The notes under the pieces are model-generated. The model worked only from the letters and a program-made list of their open reading frames with translations, had not been told where the DNA came from and ran no database searches. A program made the position numbers and the translations under genes. This document shows positions 17,228 through 24,996 of a stretch of 32,000 bases of DNA, piece by piece. How positions within the stretch are numbered: position 1 is the first letter of the stretch; each line of letters starts with the position of its first letter. Source of the DNA: Candidatus Babelota bacterium (GTDB lineage: Bacteria > Babelota > Babeliae > Babelales > Vermiphilaceae); the NCBI GenBank assembly GCA_039809905.1, contig JBDHVY010000001.1:1110001-1142000 (forward strand), written 5' to 3'.

Positions 17228-17476
17228 ATGGCAATTGAAATCAATGAAACGGCCAGTAAAATAACTTCTATTATCGCTGAAAAATTACATATTGATGCGG
17301 ATACAGTAAATCCCCAATCAACACTACAAGATCTTGGTGCAGATTCACTTGATATGGTTGATATTATTATGAAAATAGAAGAAGAATTTGGTATTGAAAT
17401 TAATGATGAAGATGCTGAAGGCCTTCATAATGTGCAAGATGTTATCAATTATGTACATGCATTGCGGGTGAAATAA
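17228..17476 (+). CDS. acpP: Acyl carrier protein
   Basis: 82 aa, acidic, with LGADSLDMVDIIMKIEEEFGIEI carrying the DSL phosphopantetheine-attachment serine. SD gagg lies 8 nt upstream. Confidence 0.92.
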   Translation: MAIEINETASKITSIIAEKLHIDADTVNPQSTLQDLGADSLDMVDIIMKIEEEFGIEINDEDAEGLHNVQDVINYVHALRVK

Positions 17477-17497
17477 AATTAGATTTTAAAATGTTGA

Positions 17498-17550
17498 AAT
17501 GAGCTGATTTTATTCTATAAAGTCGAAGAATAAAATCAGCTCATTTTTTT
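17498..17550 (+). terminator. Rho-independent terminator after acpP
   Basis: Perfect 19-bp stem: aatgagctgattttattct (17498-17516) pairs with agaataaaatcagctcatt (17527-17545). 10-nt loop, followed by a T-run to 17550. Confidence 0.8.
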
Positions 17551-17560
17551 ATGGATTATT

Positions 17561-18523
17561 ATGCTTCATTTAAATAAATGCCTTATGCTTTTTTTCTTAA
17601 CTATTTTTTCTTCTCTTTTTTCTTCTTTGAATCATTTTCCCAGAGGTAGAAACTTAGAGCTTAATATTATTTCTTGTTTAAATAGTGGAAGTGATGCAGC
17701 TCGAGCTGTAAGAGATGGCAATTATGATAGAGCCAAACAAATATTTATATTTTTTGAACCGCATTTAAGAATAGAGCTTTTAGATCATATAGAACATAGA
17801 AGAAATGCATTGATTGGTTATGATGAGCAACTCAGGAAATATGGAAAAGTTGAGTGCACTATGGATCCAAAATGTCCACCTAATTATATGCTGGATACAG
17901 ATCAAGAAGTTGAGATGCGTTTTAATGGAGTTGCAGATGGTGCAAAAACGGTGAAATTCGATAAGATGGTAGATATGAAAGAGTATCTAATACCTTATTC
18001 TTTAACTTTATCTGAACAACCGTTCAATACATTTGCTATAGAGATTCCTTATGATCCTGATAATAGCACAATAGAGATTCCTGTCGAGCTTAAAGAAATT
18101 GATTTTGCTCAAAAACAGAGCTATTTGAGCTATTATTATCCGGATGCAAAATCTAAGACGAAAGTATACAGAGGTACATTCTGCAAAAATGATGACATCA
18201 GGAGAAAAGAGCACAATTTTGAGACAATATCAATTCGAGAATTAGTTAAAAATAATAATATGCAAAAGAATGAATATCTCTTTCTAAGCTTAAAGCGTCT
18301 TTCTTCTCTTTCAGATTCTCTTTTTGATCGATTTCCAGATTCGATATATTTAAAAATAAAGTTGGATGTGTCACAAAAAAATAATCTTGTATCAGATAAA
18401 GAAGTAATGCGTAAAGCTTCAATTTATGGATATATTGTAGGCAATAAATTTTATTTCTGTGCATTAACAAGTATGTGTTCTTTGCTTGTATGGTGGTGCT
18501 ATTCGAACTTCAGAAAAGCATAG
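17561..18523 (+). CDS. Hypothetical protein with N-terminal signal-like and C-terminal hydrophobic anchor
   Basis: MLHLNKCLMLFFLTIFSSLFSSLN leader and C-terminal FYFCALTSMCSLLVWWCYSNFRKA. No domain recognised. Confidence 0.5.
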   Translation: MLHLNKCLMLFFLTIFSSLFSSLNHFPRGRNLELNIISCLNSGSDAARAVRDGNYDRAKQIFIFFEPHLRIELLDHIEHRRNALIGYDEQLRKYGKVECTMDPKCPPNYMLDTDQEVEMRFNGVADGAKTVKFDKMVDMKEYLIPYSLTLSEQPFNTFAIEIPYDPDNSTIEIPVELKEIDFAQKQSYLSYYYPDAKSKTKVYRGTFCKNDDIRRKEHNFETISIRELVKNNNMQKNEYLFLSLKRLSSLSDSLFDRFPDSIYLKIKLDVSQKNNLVSDKEVMRKASIYGYIVGNKFYFCALTSMCSLLVWWCYSNFRKA

Positions 18524-18529
18524 TGATAA

Positions 18530-18998
18530 TTAAAATGATATGCCACTCTTTAACCATACACTTGCCTGTCCCATAGTGGTATTTGTTGGTTGATAGGTGT
18601 TACGAGTATTAATACCTTCAAATTCAATTTCAGCACCAATTCCTAAATATGGTACTCGTTGACCTTCCCTGAGATGTGTCCATGCATGAGAAAGATGCCA
18701 AAATAATTTTTGTGTTAAAATAAGCGGCGATGCAGCAGATTTTACGTTAAGATCTTGCGTGGTGATAAACACAGGAAATAAACCATCAGATACAATAGGG
18801 CCTGTTTCATAAATTGTAGCAAGGCTTTCTGTAGTATTATTAGGTTGTCCGGTGATTGGATTTGCTGCAAATTGTATGCCTTTTAAGCCATATTTATTTG
18901 CGGGAATTGTTTCACGTAAACATATTTTTTCTCTACTTCTAATCCATCCATTATAACCAATATCAAAAACAAAATCGTTATACATGTATGCAAACATG
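18530..18998 (-). pseudogene. 3'-terminal fragment (approx. last 155 codons) of the OMP gene at 20024-21577
   Basis: 469 bp collinear without indels with 20024-20492 (20 mismatches by my count). It lacks the signal peptide and the N-terminal two-thirds of the barrel. The ORF begins at an internal Met (MFAYMYNDFVFD vs MFAYTYNDFVFD). Confidence 0.7.
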
Positions 18999-19017
18999 CT
19001 ATTATAGGATGACTGTT

Positions 19018-19872
19018 CTATGTTTGTCTTAGTTTTATATGAATATTGATTTCAAAAAAATAGTGTACAAGAAAACAGGCCATCAAAGATGCAAAACTTA
19101 TGGTAATGATTCTATTGGATGTCAAAAAAGATTTTGCTGTCTTTGAATTTGGTGTATTAGCAGTAGCTCCGCCATCAGGGGAATTAATTTTTGTAGGAGA
19201 TGTTTGAGTTTTTTCCTGTTTCCATGTATTCGGTTCGCAATATACGACTAATTCGTAACCCAGGCAAGGAAAATTATCTGTATTCACATTTCTATTACTT
19301 GCAAAACCGCTATTTGGCTTGAATCTGGCTAAAGTTATTGCTACAGGGCCTCTATACTTTTCTTGGAGCGTTGTACAAAAATATTCTGTTTCATTAGTTT
19401 GTAACATGCTCAGTGTATCCAATCCCTTCGTATATTGAACGTCTTCTTTTTTTGCCCATGCTATTTTTCGAGGGGTAATTATCTGAGATAATTCATCCTT
19501 GGACAGCCAACTTTTTTGCATTTCATCAGTATGGAGCAGTTTTTTTCCGATAAGTTTTAAGGATTTTTTTTGGGGGTCAAGAATTAGTTTTTTAGTAAAA
19601 TGATCTGTGTTGATTCCTGCTATCGTTGTATTTGTTTCTTCTATTTTGCTTATAAGAAAGTAGATATCTTCATCCATTTTTTCATCACGAGTGTTTGTGT
19701 TTATATGCATCATCAGTGTATGTATATCATATTTTTCTTCGGGATCATTAATTTTAAAAGGATGGTCTAACATTCCTTTTGTTTGGTATACACGGCTACC
19801 GCGAGTCTCGCTGCCGAGTGAATAAAAATGAGCTAGAAATAATATTAATATTATAGGTTTTTTTATTTTCAT
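19018..19872 (-). CDS. Hypothetical protein with signal peptide and C-terminal hydrophobic anchor
   Basis: MKIKKPIILILFLAHFYSLGS leader and C-terminal IITISFASLMACFLVHYFF. Sits between the two OMP 3' remnants. No domain recognised. Confidence 0.55.
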   Translation of the reverse strand: MKIKKPIILILFLAHFYSLGSETRGSRVYQTKGMLDHPFKINDPEEKYDIHTLMMHINTNTRDEKMDEDIYFLISKIEETNTTIAGINTDHFTKKLILDPQKKSLKLIGKKLLHTDEMQKSWLSKDELSQIITPRKIAWAKKEDVQYTKGLDTLSMLQTNETEYFCTTLQEKYRGPVAITLARFKPNSGFASNRNVNTDNFPCLGYELVVYCEPNTWKQEKTQTSPTKINSPDGGATANTPNSKTAKSFLTSNRIITISFASLMACFLVHYFFEINIHIKLRQT

Positions 19873-19930
19873 GTACTAAATATAATATGGCCCTACAATT
19901 TTTACAAGAAACGAGAAATAAGATAGGGTT

Positions 19931-19964
19931 TAAAAATGATATTCCACCTTTTAACCAGACACTT
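19931..19964 (-). repeat. Short remnant of the OMP gene 3' terminus
   Basis: taaaaatgatattccaccttttaaccagacactt versus ttaaaatgatagtccaccttttaaccagacactt at 20024-20057. Translates as ...WLKGGISF in track ORF 19796..20002. Confidence 0.6.
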
Positions 19965-20023
19965 TTAGCCCATCTTGCGTTTTTCTCCAGCCGGGCACCC
20001 AAATAAAGACGGGAAAACTTAAT

Positions 20024-21577
20024 TTAAAATGATAGTCCACCTTTTAACCAGACACTTGCTTGTCCCATAGTGGTATTTGTTGGCTGGTAGGCGTTTCTTG
20101 TATTAATACCTTCAAATTCAATTTCAGCACCAATTCCTAAATATGGCACTCGTTGACCTTCCCTGAGATGTGTCCATGCATGAGAAAGATGCCAAAATAA
20201 TTTTTGTGTTAAAATAAGCGGCGATGCAGCAGATTTTACGTTAAGATCTTGCGTCGTGATAAATACAGGAAATAAACCATCAGATACAATAGGGCCTGTT
20301 TCATAAATTGTAGCAAGGCTTTCTGTAGTATTATTAGGTTGTCCGGTGATTGGATTTGCTGCAAATTGTACGCCTTTTAAGCCATATTTATTTGCGGGAA
20401 TTGTTTCACGTAAACATATTTTTTCTCTACTTCTAATCCATCCATTATAACCAATATCAAAAACAAAATCGTTATAGGTATACGCAAACATGAAAATCAT
20501 ATCAACAACAATGCTACAATGAACATTGCATTTTAAGGTAGTGAAATTGATTGCGGGAACAATTCGTTCTGCAAAAATACCATCTTCATCAAATTCTTTT
20601 GCTAAAATATATCGACTAAAAAAACCATTTTTACAGAAATCAAATGAGCGTCTTTGGCGTGCTTTTAACATGGTGGTAAAGTTTGCATCAACCCAAAGCG
20701 CAAGTTCTTGTTCTCCATCTTTTTCCCATAATCGTGTGTGACCAGTAAAACCAAACCCAAGACGCCAATTTTTCCCACAACCGATGATTGGTTCAAAGAA
20801 AAATTCTCCTTTTGGTCTTGATCCTGTAGGTGCAGATGCACGGAAATTAAGACCAAGATGTGATGTTTCTCTTCTGATAAAATCGTAACCAAAAACTATT
20901 TCAAATGCGGCAAATCCACTAAGTGTTTGATCACCACAAATTTTTCCGAATTTTAATTTTTCAACTTCACCAAAAGAAGAAGTTCCTCTCATCGCTTGTA
21001 TAAATGAATCATAGGGTGGAGTAACTTCAGTTGCGGCCATATAGCCAACGGGATATGGAGTATTTTCGCCTTCTTCAAGAATGCTTTCACTTAATTTAAG
21101 ATTCCATTGCGTCCATACTGCTGGTCCACGTAATTGTAAATATAATCCTTGTACCCATGAATCAAACCCAATATATAATGCCATATCCATAATTAAGTTG
21201 CGAATGAGAGGTTTAAAAAATGTGTCATTTGCAAATGCAGGAGAAAGGCCAAAATAATCGGCGAGCAATTCGTTTGTACCTTCACGGCCAGGAAGCTGAC
21301 TGCCAGAAAGAGAAAATGTATCAGAATTAAAAAGGGCAAGTGAAATATTTTTTGGTCTAAGAGATTGATTATACTCAGGAGTAAAAGCAACAACACCATA
21401 ATTTTTTTTTGCATCATAACGGTGAATTAATGGATGCCAGCCAACAATATCGCGCGCAGCATTCATATCTTGTGAGCGAGGACTAAAAAATGAAATTCCG
21501 CGCAGTTGTTCTGATGAATAGAGAAATGATGTTAATGATGTGATAAGCAGAAAAATTATTTTATTTTTTTTAATCAT
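20024..21577 (-). CDS. Large outer-membrane beta-barrel protein (major-OMP/porin-like), paralog 1
   Basis: Track ORF trimmed to the Met at 21577 (MIKKNKIIFLLITSLTSFLYSSEQ is a signal peptide). Alternating amphipathic strands; C-terminus ASVWLKGGLSF ends in Phe. Shares ADYFGL, FEPI(I/V)G...W.LGFG, RRSFD and SRY(I/M)LA motifs with the ORFs at 27761-31413. Resemblance to Legionella/Coxiella-type major OMPs is from memory only. Confidence 0.75.
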   Translation of the reverse strand: MIKKNKIIFLLITSLTSFLYSSEQLRGISFFSPRSQDMNAARDIVGWHPLIHRYDAKKNYGVVAFTPEYNQSLRPKNISLALFNSDTFSLSGSQLPGREGTNELLADYFGLSPAFANDTFFKPLIRNLIMDMALYIGFDSWVQGLYLQLRGPAVWTQWNLKLSESILEEGENTPYPVGYMAATEVTPPYDSFIQAMRGTSSFGEVEKLKFGKICGDQTLSGFAAFEIVFGYDFIRRETSHLGLNFRASAPTGSRPKGEFFFEPIIGCGKNWRLGFGFTGHTRLWEKDGEQELALWVDANFTTMLKARQRRSFDFCKNGFFSRYILAKEFDEDGIFAERIVPAINFTTLKCNVHCSIVVDMIFMFAYTYNDFVFDIGYNGWIRSREKICLRETIPANKYGLKGVQFAANPITGQPNNTTESLATIYETGPIVSDGLFPVFITTQDLNVKSAASPLILTQKLFWHLSHAWTHLREGQRVPYLGIGAEIEFEGINTRNAYQPTNTTMGQASVWLKGGLSF

Positions 21578-21606
21578 TGCGTGCCCTTGTGGTAGGAACT
21601 TTTTAA

Positions 21607-21641
21607 CCCCATGTGAAACAGAGTGGAACATGGGGACCCCG
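21607..21641. repeat. GC-rich hairpin element, copy 2
   Basis: CCCCATGTgaaacagagtggaACATGGGGaccccg: perfect 8-bp stem and 13-nt loop, 11 of 13 loop nt identical to copy 1. Lies about 30 nt upstream of the OMP start codon, on the opposite strand relative to that gene. Confidence 0.8.
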
Positions 21642-21714
21642 TTCAAGAGATCTCTCTTATTGTTACTGTAGAACGTATGAGGCATTGATTACAAGGGATT
21701 TATATAAGCATACT

Positions 21715-21748
21715 ATTAGAGCCTCTGCAAATTAACAGAGGCTCTAAT
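21715..21748 (-). terminator. Terminator-like hairpin downstream of the macro-domain gene
   Basis: Perfect 13-bp stem attagagcctctg / cagaggctctaat with an 8-nt loop. Adjacent 20-nt perfect palindrome aaaaattgttaacaattttt (21749-21768). No clean U-tract on the - strand, hence moderate confidence. Confidence 0.5.
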
Positions 21749-21769
21749 AAAAATTGTTAACAATTTTTA

Positions 21770-22834
21770 TTATTTACGTAACTCATCACTAAATTTTTCG
21801 TAAACATTCATATCATCATTTGAAAAAAGTACAAATCTAATTTCATCAAAAGACTTTGGATTACTTTTTACAAAATCTCTCACTGCAGCAAATGCAACTG
21901 GTGTTGCCTTATTGATATCATAACCAAAAATAGCAGTGCTAATTGCGGGAAAAGCAATACTGCGCAAATTATTTTTTTGAGCTATTTTGAGACTGTTTTG
22001 GTATGCATTACGTAATAATATTTCTTTGTCTGGATTGCTTCCCAGTGGCCCTACGGTATTAATGATATTTTTTATACCAACTTTTTGTAAATTAAATGCA
22101 GGTGTGATTACCGCTTCACCAATTTGACATTTTATATTCGGAGCTTTTACTATTGGCATTTCGTTACAATAATTTTGAAACTTTTGCCCTGCGGCGTCAC
22201 GAATTGCTCGCGCAACTCCTCCACGATTACCCAAATGTTCATTAGCGGCATTAACAATGGCATCAACGTTCTGTTTTGTGATATCACCTTGTTCAAAAGT
22301 AATAAGAGTTTCTCTAATATACAGTTCTTCTTCTGGTTGCTGTGGTAATTGTTGTGCTTGCGCTTGCTTTTGTTTTTTTTCTACAACGGGACGTGCCATG
22401 TGTATTACATGCTTTTGTGGTGCGCGATCTATAATATTTTCAATAGATTTATCTAAAGATTCTATGATTCTATCATTCGTTTTCAGATCATCAGACCATG
22501 TTGCATGAATATGTGCGCCTGCTTGTAGTAATGCTTGTTTTTCGATTTTGGAAATATTTATAGATTTAACGAAATCAATAAAAGATTGAGTGAATACATT
22601 ATTTTTTAATACCTGGTCAGAAGGCATTTTTGTTCTTATTATTTCAAGAGCTTGCGCGTATGATTCTGGTTTTTTAATAGCTTTGCGTTGTCGTATAAAA
22701 GGTGTAGGTTTTACCTGAGCTTGAACGGGATTTATTTCTGGTTGCGGCACCGTAATACCTTTTCTTCCTACTTTTGCATTAAGAGGTTCTAAACAGCACA
22801 ACAAAAAAATAAAAATAATTTTTTTATAATTCAT
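21770..22834 (-). CDS. Secreted modular protein: signal peptide, shared N-module, Q-rich linker, macro domain (ADP-ribose binding/hydrolase type)
   Basis: Leader MNYKKIIFIFLLCCLEPLNAKV. The C-terminal approx. 185 aa carry canonical macro motifs DAIVNAANEHLGNRGGVARAI, GEAVITPAFNL, IINTVGP and SIAFPAISTAIFGYD. Confidence 0.85.
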   Translation of the reverse strand: MNYKKIIFIFLLCCLEPLNAKVGRKGITVPQPEINPVQAQVKPTPFIRQRKAIKKPESYAQALEIIRTKMPSDQVLKNNVFTQSFIDFVKSINISKIEKQALLQAGAHIHATWSDDLKTNDRIIESLDKSIENIIDRAPQKHVIHMARPVVEKKQKQAQAQQLPQQPEEELYIRETLITFEQGDITKQNVDAIVNAANEHLGNRGGVARAIRDAAGQKFQNYCNEMPIVKAPNIKCQIGEAVITPAFNLQKVGIKNIINTVGPLGSNPDKEILLRNAYQNSLKIAQKNNLRSIAFPAISTAIFGYDINKATPVAFAAVRDFVKSNPKSFDEIRFVLFSNDDMNVYEKFSDELRK

Positions 22835-22860
22835 GATTGATTCCTTTGTTTGTGTTGCAA

Positions 22861-23277
22861 TTACAATTTATGTATAGCAGCAGCTATTTGACTTCCAACA
22901 TCTTCTAATATTTCAAGGTTTTCATCTGAATTGTTTGAAAAAACTCCATGCACATCGCGTGCTGTTTGTAACAAAGCTTGCAAATGAGTATCTTCTAACT
23001 GTGCTTGCTGAACTAGGTTTATCATGGAATTAACAAAGGTAGAGTCCAATCTTTTATTTATGTTATCCCATGCAAGTTTTGAATTTTTTACAAAAATCAT
23101 AAGACTTTTAAAGGTGGTGGGCTTTTGTTCACGATGTTGCCTGATTACCGGTTTGGGTTCTGGTTCTGGTTGTACTATTGGATTTGTTGCCACGACAGCT
23201 TTGCGACTACCCTTAGCATCAATACATAGTGCCGAAAATAACATTACCGTGATGAGTGTAATTTTTAAAAATTTCAT
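22861..23277 (-). CDS. Secreted protein consisting only of leader, Pro-rich linker and shared N-module
   Basis: Track ORF trimmed to the Met at 23277 (MKFLKITLITVMLFSALCIDAKG). Residues approx. 52-138 align at low identity with the N-modules of the two flanking genes (F.N..I.LVQ...L....LQALLQ.A..VH..F). Confidence 0.6.
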   Translation of the reverse strand: MKFLKITLITVMLFSALCIDAKGSRKAVVATNPIVQPEPEPKPVIRQHREQKPTTFKSLMIFVKNSKLAWDNINKRLDSTFVNSMINLVQQAQLEDTHLQALLQTARDVHGVFSNNSDENLEILEDVGSQIAAAIHKL

Positions 23278-23365
23278 AAAGATATCCTTTTTTGCGCAAC
23301 TGTGGTTTTCTCTGCGAGAAGAAAGCACATTTGCTGGTTATATGCTATCTATTTGCTTTTTTATC

Positions 23366-24970
23366 TTACTCTGTGTCTGTGTAATAATTTGACAAAGCAT
23401 CCAGCTCAAAAACATGTAAATCCTCCATGATACCTGTAGAATTGGTTGGGGTATCACCAATAAGCTCTTGTTTAATAGGAGAGAATTTTCCTTTTATTGA
23501 TGGTGGCTCTTCATTGGTTTCATAGTAGGTGTTATAGCTAAATGGCTGTTTATCAGTTCCAAGATATAAGCCACCTTTTTTTATTGAATTATGCAATAAC
23601 CTACCTGCGTGAGGAGTTGGAAAAACAGTCATATATTTTTTATTGAAAAATTGCTTTTCTACTGTACCAGCCCAACCATGAAGTTTCATGGCGATATTTC
23701 TATACGTACCTCTAATCTCATTAAAAGGGTTTTTGAATATACCTCTATGTTCTGTTGATATTGGTGATTTTAATTTTTGCAGCATATCAATCCCTACGCA
23801 TATGATAAGATTGGAATAAGCAGTTTCAAATTGCTCAAGAGTAAAAGACTTTAAATTTATTTCTTGTTTAGGTTTAAAAGGACCCGTTATCGGTTCGTTG
23901 GAGGCATAGGCGATATATATTACAGCATTACTGTCTGTATATCTTTGAAGCATTTGCCCTAAACCAGCTATTCCTGCGCCGATTCCTTCTTCAGTGCCAA
24001 AGAGAATAGAAAATTTTTTCTTATTTGGGCACATTTTTTCTAGTAACTGTGTAATGTAAGGATCGTCTAATCTGAACAAATTAGTGGAAGGACTCTTTTC
24101 TTGTTGTGAGAGATATTTTTGGTCATTACATGTTGTATTTAATACGCGAAGGCTATTTATTACTTGCTTATGATCCAGAAGCGCCTTCATATATTTGTCC
24201 CAAACTGGATAATTTTTATTATCCAATTTTTCCATACCAAAGAAAATTTGTTCTGCAGAAGGTGAAATTCCATATCCTACATAAATATCATAACCTTCTA
24301 ATTTTTTGACTTTTCCTAAAAGATCTTGGTGGGTTTTATCTTTCGTTATAATTGGTGCAGGTTGTGCAACTGGTGCAGTTGGCAGTATTGGTTGAATCGT
24401 TGCGATCGGTTTTGCTGGGATTGTTGGTTTAATTTGTTCTATTGGTTTGGTAGGTGTAATTGGTATTATCTTTTCTGCAGATACAACCGGTTTAGGTATG
24501 GTTACTGGTGGAAGTTTCTCTATGGATTTGGTAGCTGATGATTGTTTAGGTTCTGTTGGTTTGATGCGCATAATATTCTGAATAGTATTGTTCAAAGATA
24601 ATAATGTTTGGTTATTAATTTTGTTATTATCAGTCCATGTTGCGTGGATATGTGCTCCAGCTTCTAACAATGCTTTGGTTTCAATTGGAGAAAGGTTAAG
24701 TGATTGTACAAAATCGATAAATTTTTTGGTGAATGTATTATTAACGAGTATTTCATTTGATGACATTTTGGTTTTTATGGCATTAAGTGCTTGGGCATAT
24801 GATGTTGGTTTTGCCATGGGTTGTTGTAATATTCTAGGAGTAACTATAGGTTGTGCTATCGGTTGCGCTATTGGTTTTGTTGCTGCGGGTGCTTTATGAC
24901 CACCTTTGGCATTAACAGAGAGAGCTGATAACAACAGTATACTGATCAAAAGGTTTTTAAAAAAATTCAT
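23366..24970 (-). CDS. Secreted modular protein: signal peptide, shared N-module, approx. 75-aa Pro-rich linker, orphan approx. 320-aa C-terminal domain
   Basis: Leader MNFFKNLLISILLLSALSVNAKG. The module SYAQALNAIKTKM...FIDFVQSLNLSPIETKALLEAGAHIHATWTD is about 55% identical by eye to the macro-protein module. The C-terminal domain is not recognised. Confidence 0.7.
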   Translation of the reverse strand: MNFFKNLLISILLLSALSVNAKGGHKAPAATKPIAQPIAQPIVTPRILQQPMAKPTSYAQALNAIKTKMSSNEILVNNTFTKKFIDFVQSLNLSPIETKALLEAGAHIHATWTDNNKINNQTLLSLNNTIQNIMRIKPTEPKQSSATKSIEKLPPVTIPKPVVSAEKIIPITPTKPIEQIKPTIPAKPIATIQPILPTAPVAQPAPIITKDKTHQDLLGKVKKLEGYDIYVGYGISPSAEQIFFGMEKLDNKNYPVWDKYMKALLDHKQVINSLRVLNTTCNDQKYLSQQEKSPSTNLFRLDDPYITQLLEKMCPNKKKFSILFGTEEGIGAGIAGLGQMLQRYTDSNAVIYIAYASNEPITGPFKPKQEINLKSFTLEQFETAYSNLIICVGIDMLQKLKSPISTEHRGIFKNPFNEIRGTYRNIAMKLHGWAGTVEKQFFNKKYMTVFPTPHAGRLLHNSIKKGGLYLGTDKQPFSYNTYYETNEEPPSIKGKFSPIKQELIGDTPTNSTGIMEDLHVFELDALSNYYTDTE

Positions 24971-24996
24971 AAAAATATCCTTCTCTCACTTCTTAC

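Noticed and set aside
16992-17234. Antisense 80-aa ORF spanning the fabD-acpP spacer
   Set aside because: It is open only because the GC-rich hairpin and duplicated segments lack stops. It has no start context or motif.
18530-18998. OMP 3' fragment as a silent cassette for antigenic variation (msp2/pilS style)
   Set aside because: The fragment differs from the expressed copy at only five amino-acid positions, all conservative (I/V, M/T, T/A, S/G, I/L). They map mostly to the terminal strand rather than to variable loops, so it offers little antigenic diversity. A gene-conversion remnant is the simpler reading.
19796-20002. 68-aa ORF between the orphan gene and the OMP gene
   Set aside because: It is made up of the OMP 3' remnant (…WLKGGISF) plus read-through into the orphan gene's start region. 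It is a relic, not a gene.
21578-21685. 36-codon N-terminal extension of OMP paralog 1 in the track
   Set aside because: It would place 36 polar residues ahead of an obvious signal peptide. The region stays open because it runs through the GC-rich hairpin. The Met at 21577 is preferred.
23750-24010. GIGAGIAGLG in the 534-aa protein as a Rossmann dinucleotide-binding loop
   Set aside because: It is preceded by charged residues (GTEE) rather than a hydrophobic beta-strand. I did not see the expected downstream acidic residue spacing, so this is probably a coincidental Gly-rich loop.
24326-24899. + strand ORFs 24326..24538 and 24588..24899
   Set aside because: They are antisense to the Pro-rich linker and module of the 534-aa gene. 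Their W/C/G/R-rich products are the mirror image of Pro/Ala/Gln codons.
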